Shown one piece after another: positions 7,399 to 14,583 of a stretch of 64,000 nt of DNA (position 1 is the stretch's first letter; the number at the start of each line of letters is the position of its first letter). Under the pieces are notes generated by a model. That model saw nothing but the letters and a program-made list of their open reading frames with translations, was not told where the DNA came from and did not search any database. A program made the translations under genes and the position numbers. This stretch comes from Bdellovibrionota bacterium. GTDB lineage: Bacteria; Bdellovibrionota_G; JALEGL01; DATDPG01. The stretch is from positions 2,528,001-2,592,000 of the forward strand of contig OY764265.1 in NCBI GenBank assembly GCA_963668355.1, given 5' to 3'.

Positions 7399-9069
7399 AT
7401 GGGTGTGAGGGAAATATCAAAATTCAATGATCTTTCTGATTCCTCATTGCGCAAACGCCATCTTGATCAAAATTTTATACCTGAAACCAATCTTGCGGTT
7501 GGCATGGGTCGTGTAAGCGTGAAGAAGAACAAAGATCGGGGCCAGTCTGATGTGGCACAGATTGAAACCATTGAAAATTACGCTGATACTGAGGACCTTG
7601 AATTGGTGAAAACGTGGGACGTGGCGGAGAGCGCTTCAAAACACGACAGACGAAAGCACTTCAATGAGATGATCGGTTATGTGAAGAACCATCCACAGAT
7701 CAAGCACATAATCTTCAGCCACCAATCGAGGTCGAATCGAAATAGAGAATCGGCGCGTGAAATTGAGGTGCTGATCAAGCATTATGGCGTGACCCTTCAC
7801 TGTGCCAGAGATAGATTGCAGCTTAACGCTCAATCTCCCCTGGAGGATTGGCTAAGATGGGATCTATTTAACAACTTGAATGAGAAGTTCATTAAGGATC
7901 ACACGAGGAATGTCATGGATGGCGTGATTAAACGGATTGAGGTGGGCTTGTTTCCTGGGAAAGCCCCGTTTGGGTATCGCAATAAGCGGCTGGAGCGGCA
8001 CGATAAACTGAGCGTGTTTATATGTCACACAGAAGAAGCCGCGTACATGAAGCGAGCTTTTGAGCTATTTGCCACTGGCAGATACTCAGAAAGGGCACTG
8101 GAGATTGAATTAGCGGGTTTATTTCCACAAGTTCACCGACGACCTACAGCAAAGCGGTTTAGTCAACTGCTACGAAATCCATTTTACTATGGCGATTTTG
8201 ACTATGCAGAGGTCCGTTATCACGGCAACCCTGAATATCATCCGAGGTTGATCTCAAAAGAGCTGTGGGAGAAGGTACAAGAGATCCTCATGGACCCCAG
8301 AAGAAGCCGCCGTAAAGTGACCAAGCGTAATCATCCGTATATCGGGCTTATCAAGTGCGGGGGCCGCATCTTGGACTCTGATGGTAATGAAACCGATGAA
8401 GTGTGTGGCTGCTCCATAACAGGCGAGGAAAAGCGTAAAAAGCTCGCAGATGGGTCAATCAAGAAATTCTACTATTGGCACTGCACGTCCATACGGCCAT
8501 GCTCACAGCGAAATAAAAGCTATATGGCGGCTCAAGATCGTAAAAAGATCAACTATGCTGAGGAAGAGATCGAGGTCTTGTTTGAGGAGGTCTTCAAGCC
8601 CCTCAACTTCTCACAAGAAGTTTGCGATTGGATGCAGCAGGTCTTGCTTAAGGAGCATGAAGAGAAGAGCCAGGGCCATAAACAGCAGTTAGCGGCTCTA
8701 CGGAGGCGCTTTGAGATGCTGGACCACTACATGAACAAATCCTACGAAGATAAATTGAACGGACTTCTTGATGAGGCTGACTGGAAACAAAAGCATGACC
8801 GTTGGAAGGACGAGCAAGCCCAAATCCAAGATCAGATCAACGGTTTGACTGGGGAGAAGGACGAGTACATCCAAAAAGGGGTGCAAGTCATCGAACTGGT
8901 TCAACACTTTGAAAGCATTTACAAAAACGCTACGCCTGAGAAAAAGCGTAAACTGGTTGAGATCGTGTCATCGAACCACGTCTTGCGAAACGGAAGCCTT
9001 GAATTTGATTACCGAAAACCCTTCGACATCCTTGTCGAATCGGGTGGAAAAGAGAAATGGTGGAGCTGA
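7399..9069 (+). CDS. Large serine recombinase (resolvase, recombinase, Zn-ribbon and coiled-coil domains)
   Basis: Catalytic [51 protein letters not shown]; Cys ribbon (KCG...CGC...YYWHC...C); KKRKLVEIV tail. The stop codon lies within the tRNA (antisense). Confidence 0.93.
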   Translation: MGVREISKFNDLSDSSLRKRHLDQNFIPETNLAVGMGRVSVKKNKDRGQSDVAQIETIENYADTEDLELVKTWDVAESASKHDRRKHFNEMIGYVKNHPQIKHIIFSHQSRSNRNRESAREIEVLIKHYGVTLHCARDRLQLNAQSPLEDWLRWDLFNNLNEKFIKDHTRNVMDGVIKRIEVGLFPGKAPFGYRNKRLERHDKLSVFICHTEEAAYMKRAFELFATGRYSERALEIELAGLFPQVHRRPTAKRFSQLLRNPFYYGDFDYAEVRYHGNPEYHPRLISKELWEKVQEILMDPRRSRRKVTKRNHPYIGLIKCGGRILDSDGNETDEVCGCSITGEEKRKKLADGSIKKFYYWHCTSIRPCSQRNKSYMAAQDRKKINYAEEEIEVLFEEVFKPLNFSQEVCDWMQQVLLKEHEEKSQGHKQQLAALRRRFEMLDHYMNKSYEDKLNGLLDEADWKQKHDRWKDEQAQIQDQINGLTGEKDEYIQKGVQVIELVQHFESIYKNATPEKKRKLVEIVSSNHVLRNGSLEFDYRKPFDILVESGGKEKWWS

Positions 9070-9133
9070 GCGGGATCGAACCGCCGACCTCATCGTTGCG
9101 AACGATGCGCTCTCCCAACTGAGCTACAGCCCC
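9058..9133 (-). tRNA. tRNA-Ala (anticodon CGC)
   Basis: Reverse complement GGGGCTGTAGCTCAGTTGGGAGAGCGCATCGTTCGCAACGATGAGGTCGGCGGTTCGATCCCGCTCAGCTCCACCA; G3-U70 pair; encoded CCA. Confidence 0.97.
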
Positions 9134-9435
9134 AAAACATGAAGTTGGAGGGGCGTTTATCAAAATGAAATCGTTTAGGCAATTGCGTTTGCAAAAGCAG
9201 CTGTAGCGAAGTATCCATATGGCGAAGGTCTCACTTGGTTAGCCTGAGCCATGGGGGGATGATGAAGGGGCGGAGCCGCACATTCCGATTAGGCGGAGCC
9301 CCTTGATTTCAGATCGTCCTACAGCCCCAAAACATGAAGTTGGAGGGGCGTTTATCAAAATGAAATCGTTTAGGCAATTGCGTTCGCAAAAGCAGCTGTA
9401 GCGAAGTATCCATATGGCGAAGGTCTCACTTGGTT
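9124..9435. repeat. 117-bp direct duplication (9124-9240 / 9319-9435) covering the tRNA-Ala 5' end and promoter region
   Basis: CTACAGCCCCAAAACATG...TCACTTGGTT is repeated at offset 195 with one mismatch. GGTTAGCCTGAGCCATGGGGGGAT also recurs at 9237-9260 and 9559-9582. Confidence 0.93.
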
Positions 9436-9596
9436 CACGTGCTCTCGCACGTAGACCCTTTGGGTGAGAGCTCGTCCACTCATTTCATGGGTACCCGGCC
9501 AAGCTCTGTTTATTTCGCGTAGTTTTTTCGACCTGCTTCGCAGGGCCTAAAACTGAGGGGTTAGCCTGAGCCATGGGGGGATAGGAAGGGAATCAG

Positions 9597-10355
9597 TTAA
9601 GTCGGTCGAACGGGTGTTTCGGAGAATTGGTGTTTATAGTCTTGATATTGATCCAATACGCGGTCCACATATTCGATGGTTTCCGAAGCTTTGCAGTACC
9701 CGAATCGAGACTCCTCGTAATATTTCTTCTTTTGAAGGAGGGCCAACGTCCGTTTGACATGTTTCCAACGATGGGGATTCAAGCCTTTTCGGATGGCTAA
9801 ACGTTGCGCGTCCCTCACATGGCCTAAACCTGCATTATAAGCTGCCAACGACAGCTTCAGTTTGTCTTCAAATGTGGCTCCGATGAGCAGATGAAAGGTC
9901 TTGGAAAAATGATTGACCCCGGCCCGAATATTTTCTTCTGGGTGTAGAGCCGCCTCAACGCCTTGCTCTTCGGCCACGACGGGCATGATTTGCATGAGAC
10001 CTTGGGCTCCTTGAGGGCTAATGGCATGACGCCGGAAAGATGATTCCGCGTGAATCATGGAAGCCACCAAGCGCCAGTCCACATTGTTCTCATGGGCATG
10101 TCGCTGGATGATTTCGTCATACCGACTGAGTCGAGGGGGTTCATGAACTCGAAGGAAGATGTGATTGACCAGCTCTCTTTTGTTTTCATAACGCAAAGGT
10201 GCTTCGCACAAATTGGGGGTCACCACGATTGTGATTGCGATTGCGATAAGACCTAGGCCGTCAATCAATCGGTCTAGTATGGGCGTTTGTTTCTGCATAC
10301 TACCTGCCTGAAGCGGCGGCCACTTATCAAGGCTATGGGGGCTAGTCAATGGCAT
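9597..10355 (-). CDS. Lytic transglycosylase, SLT/MltF C-terminal-like (start possibly 10298)
   Basis: VDWRLVASMIHAESSF, SPQGAQGLMQIMP, LAAYNAGLGHVRDA and ETIEYV motifs. Confidence 0.9.
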   Translation of the reverse strand: MPLTSPHSLDKWPPLQAGSMQKQTPILDRLIDGLGLIAIAITIVVTPNLCEAPLRYENKRELVNHIFLRVHEPPRLSRYDEIIQRHAHENNVDWRLVASMIHAESSFRRHAISPQGAQGLMQIMPVVAEEQGVEAALHPEENIRAGVNHFSKTFHLLIGATFEDKLKLSLAAYNAGLGHVRDAQRLAIRKGLNPHRWKHVKRTLALLQKKKYYEESRFGYCKASETIEYVDRVLDQYQDYKHQFSETPVRPT

Positions 10356-10374
10356 TTCTTATTTTTTTGTTTAC

Positions 10375-10389
10375 GCGAAGGTCATGCCA
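10375..10389 (-). promoter_or_regulatory. Possible sigma-54 promoter for the SLT gene
   Basis: Minus strand TGGCATGACCTTCGC has the GG-N10-GC spacing. Confidence 0.4.
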
Positions 10390-10452
10390 AGTCGGAGATT
10401 TTACTTTTTTTTGTTTGTTTTTAAGCGTTTATAGATTTGATCCCAGGCTCGG

Positions 10453-11427
10453 ATGCATTACAATCGACTGAGCAAGGGACGGCCGAACCTCGTTGTTTGG
10501 TCTTCAGTGATCATGGATTCTTTTGTTATTTCAATTCGTTATTTTGTTTTTGAGAAGGTGGGGCGTGCGTTACCCGCAAGGTCAGTTTTCCTACTGTGGG
10601 GTTTGATTTTCGGTCTTCTGTTTTATCCGTTGGAAACCCACGCAAAAACATCCAAATATCGAAAAGCCCGAAGGCCCATTCCGGCACAAACGAGTGGTCA
10701 AGCGCGATTGAGAAGCTTGCCCTCCACCAAAGGACGAATTCTTACGTTGCTTCCGGGAGGAACTTCTCTAATTGTCAGAGGGGTCAAGGGGGGGTGGTTT
10801 CAAACGGAAGCCGCCTGGAAAGGAAAACAATATTCAGGCTGGATTTATCGGTCTCGGGTCAAACTTATTAAGTCCAAGGTTAGAAGAAGCCGAAAGGCGA
10901 CTTCTCCGCAAACTTCTTCCAATGCACCTTCTTCCTCTCCACCTAATATGAAATCTGAGAGGAGTCCCCAGCCTCGTTTGAAAATTTCACGTCCATTTCG
11001 GTTGGGCGTTTGGGGAGGCCTGAGTCGAAAGGTTCGAGGTCTCGACGATCACTTTCATGTGGGTACCGATTTGATGTGGGGATTTGGAAGTGGCGTATCG
11101 TTGGGGACGACAGTGGAAACGGGGTTTCATAATTTGTTTTTAGTGGCCATGACTCCTTCGGCGAAAGCTCGTTTTCCTTGGCCGATTCTGGGGCCGGTTC
11201 GCGTATATGCATTGGGAGGTTTCCCCATTTATTATCTTTCTGAATCCGGAAATAAAGATTTGCTCATGGGGCTTCGTGCAGGTTTGGAGTTAGATTATTC
11301 GTTGGGCGCGATGATGAGCCGGAATACGAGGTTTTTTGCTCGGGTGTGGAGCGATTTCATTGTTTTGGGTGAGGACAGGGTATCCATTCCCTTGATGGGT
11401 GTGTTGGGCCTTTCGTTTCGTTTTTAA
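10453..11427 (+). CDS. SH3b-domain protein with probable C-terminal outer-membrane beta-barrel (true start probably downstream)
   Basis: ARLRSLPSTKGRILTLLPGGT...GGWFQ...YSGWIY (SH3b); Ser/Pro linker; amphipathic strands ending GLSFRF. Confidence 0.7.
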   Translation: MHYNRLSKGRPNLVVWSSVIMDSFVISIRYFVFEKVGRALPARSVFLLWGLIFGLLFYPLETHAKTSKYRKARRPIPAQTSGQARLRSLPSTKGRILTLLPGGTSLIVRGVKGGWFQTEAAWKGKQYSGWIYRSRVKLIKSKVRRSRKATSPQTSSNAPSSSPPNMKSERSPQPRLKISRPFRLGVWGGLSRKVRGLDDHFHVGTDLMWGFGSGVSLGTTVETGFHNLFLVAMTPSAKARFPWPILGPVRVYALGGFPIYYLSESGNKDLLMGLRAGLELDYSLGAMMSRNTRFFARVWSDFIVLGEDRVSIPLMGVLGLSFRF

Positions 11428-11477
11428 AAGGTGGCGAAGAAAATCGTTTTTGTATATTAGAGCGCCTCATTCTCGGG

Positions 11478-11553
<76 letters not shown>

Positions 11554-11555
11554 TA

Positions 11556-11845
11556 TTAATTAGGGGGACTCGCTTAAAAGGAAAGGCGCTCGCTCCCCTA
11601 ATGACCCCCTCGCATTCGGCGGAGTGAATCCGCCTCACACTCGATCCTACGTAATTTAATTAGGGGGACTCGCTTAAATTGAAGGGCGCTCGCTCCCCTA
11701 ATGACCCCCTCGCATTCGGCGGAGTGAATCCGCCTCACACTCGATCCTACGTAATTTAATTAGGGGGACTCGCTTAAATTGAAGGGCGCTCGCTCCCCTA
11801 ATGACCCCCTCGCGTTCGGCGGAGTGAATCCGCCTCACACTCGAT
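11556..11845 (+). repeat. Tandem array of ~3 near-identical 100-bp structured repeats directly after tRNA-Thr
   Basis: TAGGGGGACTCGC at 11561, 11661 and 11761; same family as the reverse complement of 1363-1675. Confidence 0.97.
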
Positions 11846-11941
11846 TTAAGTGGTGGAGAAAAGTTTGCGAGAGTTGCTGAAAACTCACTCATATTCATTG
11901 GGGGAGAGATAAAAAACTCAATAAAACCAAGTGAATGGCCC

Positions 11942-11956
11942 TGGCACACGGATTGC
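11942..11956 (+). promoter_or_regulatory. Sigma-54 promoter
   Basis: TGGCACACGGATTGC upstream of the lipoprotein ATG at 11984. Confidence 0.7.
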
Positions 11957-11983
11957 TGTCTATGAAAGGTTGTGAGGTGTCAG

Positions 11984-13900
11984 ATGCATACAAAAACGAC
12001 CTTGGGTTTGCTTGGACTCTTTTCTTTTGTGCTAATTTCGGCTTGTTCCAGCACTGGAACGGGGGGCGGAGGCATTGACCGAGAGTCTAGAATCAGTGCG
12101 GATCGGTCCACGATTTTTGTGGAACCCACCAATGATGTTCCGGCCGATGGCGTGTCCATGGCCCGGATTTCGGTTCGAGTTTTGGATGAAGACGGTCATG
12201 GGATTCCAAATCTAAATGTGCATCTGTCGGTTTCCGGAAGTGGAAATGCGCTGACTCAACCCACGGGTCCGACTGATCTGGACGGCTTGGCTCAAGGAAC
12301 ATTGACATCCACAATTCCTGAAACGAAAGAAATTACGGCGAAAGTTGTATTGAGCACGAGAGAAATTCCGCTTTCTGACTCGTACACCTTGGATTTTGTT
12401 CATAGTTTTGAAGGAAACCTCAGCACGATTACGGCTTTTCCGCAGCGCGGGCTTTTGCCAAATGGTGTTGATTCTTCGACGATCACGGTGATTTTGAAAG
12501 GGGCGGGCGGCTCTCCAATGGTAGGTACGGAAGTGTTTTTCTCGGCTTCCGGTGAAGGTAACATCCTCACCTCTTCTGCGATCACAGATTCCAGCGGTGC
12601 CGCCCACTCCCAGCTTCGGTCGTCTGTGGCCGGTGAAAAAGTTGTGACCATCACGATTCAATTGAACGGCCAATTGATTGAACATCCGATTCAACCGGCG
12701 ATCCGTTTCGGTTTGTTTCAAGAACCCATCACGATGACGGAAAACTCGGCCTCCTCCAATGCCATCCAATTTGGTGACTTCAATGAAGATGGACATCCCG
12801 ATCTCATTTCCATTTCGGGTTCTTTTCCGGATTTCTATCTCTATTTGAATGATGGGGAGGGAAATTTTGATGACGAGGAAAAAATTCAAGTGGTGGTTGA
12901 ATCCGGAGAAATGACGGCTTTTGATACCGGCGACTTAAACCAAGACGGTCACTTGGATGTCGTCCTCTTAAATTCACATTTGGACTCGGGATACTTCTTA
13001 TTGGGAAATGGAGATGGAACGTTTGGCGAAACTCAGCTTCTTCCCATTTCGGTCGGAGAATTTGAGTATTTCCGAAGCGTCACCATTGGAAGTTATATGG
13101 AAGAAGACGTAGCCAAAAAATTCATCGCGGTATTGACGGAGGTTAGCGGGGAAAGCGCAGATAAGGTTCGCGTTCTGCGAATTGATCCCGAAAACGGAAA
13201 TTTTGAAGAGGTCGATGAATATTCCTTTAACTATGGCCAGAATCTTGGAAGCCCTCGCCACATACTGGCGGAGGATATGGACCAAGATGGACAGGAAGAT
13301 CTGCTTGTGGCCAATTCCACGAGCTTGGTTGATCCTGGTGAGATTCTCTTTTTTAAACATAATCCGAACGCTGCTGGAAAATTTTGGACACCGATGTCTT
13401 TGGAAACGGGGCATACCCCACGTTGGATCGCCGTGGGAGATTTGAATGGCGATGGTTTTAAAGACATTGTGGCGGCCAATGCGAACTCTTCTCAAAGTGG
13501 TCCAGGGGGGCAGCTTTGGGATGTGTCTGTGATTTTAGGCGACGGCCTTTGGTGGAGCGACTTGTACTATCCTTCTAAAAAATTTCTGGTGGATGGTGTG
13601 CTCCCGAGAACGGTTGATATTTTGGATGTGAACAGCGACGGAAAACAGGATGTCGTGGCTTCTTCCGTAAGAGCTTCCTCGTCGGATGATGCCCGAGGTT
13701 TGATCACCATCTTGTTCGGAGACGACCAATGGTTGGATGAAGATGAAATTAACCGAACTTCAATCATTCCGCCGGTGAGCGAAAATTACTACCCGGATGC
13801 AGGTGTGGTCATTGGAGGCGACGTCAATGGAGATCAAATTCCGGATTTGGCTCTGAGTTACCCCTATAAGGCAAATTTTGCGATTCTTCGGGGTTGGTAG
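11984..13900 (+). CDS. Lipoprotein adhesin-like protein: two Big-1 (invasin Ig-like) domains plus FG-GAP/VCBS repeats
   Basis: Lipobox ISAC; VPADGVSMARISVRVLDEDG and LLPNGVDSSTITVIL Big-1 repeats; multiple GDFNEDGHPDL / GDLNGDGFKDI repeats. Confidence 0.85.
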   Translation: MHTKTTLGLLGLFSFVLISACSSTGTGGGGIDRESRISADRSTIFVEPTNDVPADGVSMARISVRVLDEDGHGIPNLNVHLSVSGSGNALTQPTGPTDLDGLAQGTLTSTIPETKEITAKVVLSTREIPLSDSYTLDFVHSFEGNLSTITAFPQRGLLPNGVDSSTITVILKGAGGSPMVGTEVFFSASGEGNILTSSAITDSSGAAHSQLRSSVAGEKVVTITIQLNGQLIEHPIQPAIRFGLFQEPITMTENSASSNAIQFGDFNEDGHPDLISISGSFPDFYLYLNDGEGNFDDEEKIQVVVESGEMTAFDTGDLNQDGHLDVVLLNSHLDSGYFLLGNGDGTFGETQLLPISVGEFEYFRSVTIGSYMEEDVAKKFIAVLTEVSGESADKVRVLRIDPENGNFEEVDEYSFNYGQNLGSPRHILAEDMDQDGQEDLLVANSTSLVDPGEILFFKHNPNAAGKFWTPMSLETGHTPRWIAVGDLNGDGFKDIVAANANSSQSGPGGQLWDVSVILGDGLWWSDLYYPSKKFLVDGVLPRTVDILDVNSDGKQDVVASSVRASSSDDARGLITILFGDDQWLDEDEINRTSIIPPVSENYYPDAGVVIGGDVNGDQIPDLALSYPYKANFAILRGW

Positions 13901-13993
13901 CTTTTTTAAGGCCGACCAAAACGCATCGCGTTAATTGGGGCCTTGGCGTTTGAAAATTAAATGTTTTTCCCTGTATAATGATGAAGCCGTTCC

Positions 13994-14554
13994 ATGAGAA
14001 AAAGATCCTACAGTTTGTTGCTCGCCTCGATGCTTTTGTTGATGGCCTGTGGTTCCGAACCGCAAGAAGGCTATGCTCAGCTTGACACATCCTTGGCCGA
14101 CCAATTTTCGGAAGCCGTTTGGTATGCCGAGCTAGGTGAGGACCTCTCCTTTGCTTCTAGGGGAGACGGGGTTCGAGCCGAAGATGGAGCCTTTCATGCG
14201 AATTCAATTTGGCTCACGACGCCTCAGGATGGTTCTACCTATATTAATGGGGTCTTTTATGTGGACGTCCCGGACGAAGAAAGTGCGGTCTTTTATAGCT
14301 CGGTGGGCTTTCCCGAATCCATGGCGGGTGACGAGGCTGTTTCCTTCCAACTCCTGGTCCAAGAAGAGGACCAATTTCCGTCCTTGGCGCGAATTGAGGG
14401 GGCTGCAGACGGTCATCTAGACGAATTGCAGGCCGACTTGTCCGCATATCGAGGCCGGAGCGTGGTTTTGATTCTCGCCAGTTCTTGGGAATCCTCCACG
14501 GCTCCCTCCGATTTATTGTGGGTCAACCCGACCATCTCAAACTCCTTGAGATAA
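13994..14554 (+). CDS. Lipoprotein, possible NPCBM-like beta-sandwich
   Basis: Lipobox LMAC; ELQADLSAYRGRSVVLIL motif. Confidence 0.65.
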   Translation: MRKRSYSLLLASMLLLMACGSEPQEGYAQLDTSLADQFSEAVWYAELGEDLSFASRGDGVRAEDGAFHANSIWLTTPQDGSTYINGVFYVDVPDEESAVFYSSVGFPESMAGDEAVSFQLLVQEEDQFPSLARIEGAADGHLDELQADLSAYRGRSVVLILASSWESSTAPSDLLWVNPTISNSLR

Positions 14555-14583
14555 GCGCCAGTTTTGTATAGTTTCCCCGCCCT

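Larger units (their letters stand above)
1677..9064. mobile_element. ~7.4 kb integrative, phage-satellite-like element (large serine recombinase plus P4-type primase-helicase) inserted at the tRNA-Ala 3' end
   Basis: Direct repeat TGGTGGA at 1677-1683 and 9058-9064 (reverse complement of the tRNA 3' end TCCACCA). Encloses recombinase and primase genes. Removing it puts the repeat array directly behind tRNA-Ala, the same arrangement seen at tRNA-Thr. Confidence 0.85.

Noticed and set aside
7399..9069. Recombinase as a truncated pseudogene
   Set aside because: All domains and the catalytic serine are intact. The short end is explained by the att site, and the missing tail is present in frame at 1677-1766.
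8909..9163. ORFs 8909-9142 (+) and 8930-9163 (-)
   Set aside because: They are translations across tRNA-Ala and the recombinase end, not plausible proteins.
11851..11858. TGGTGGAG after the tRNA-Thr array as another att core
   Set aside because: Only an 8-bp match, with the wrong geometry relative to the array and no associated mobile genes; compatible with chance.
11698..11949. 83-aa minus-strand ORF over the repeat array
   Set aside because: Derived from repeat DNA; no RBS or protein-like features.
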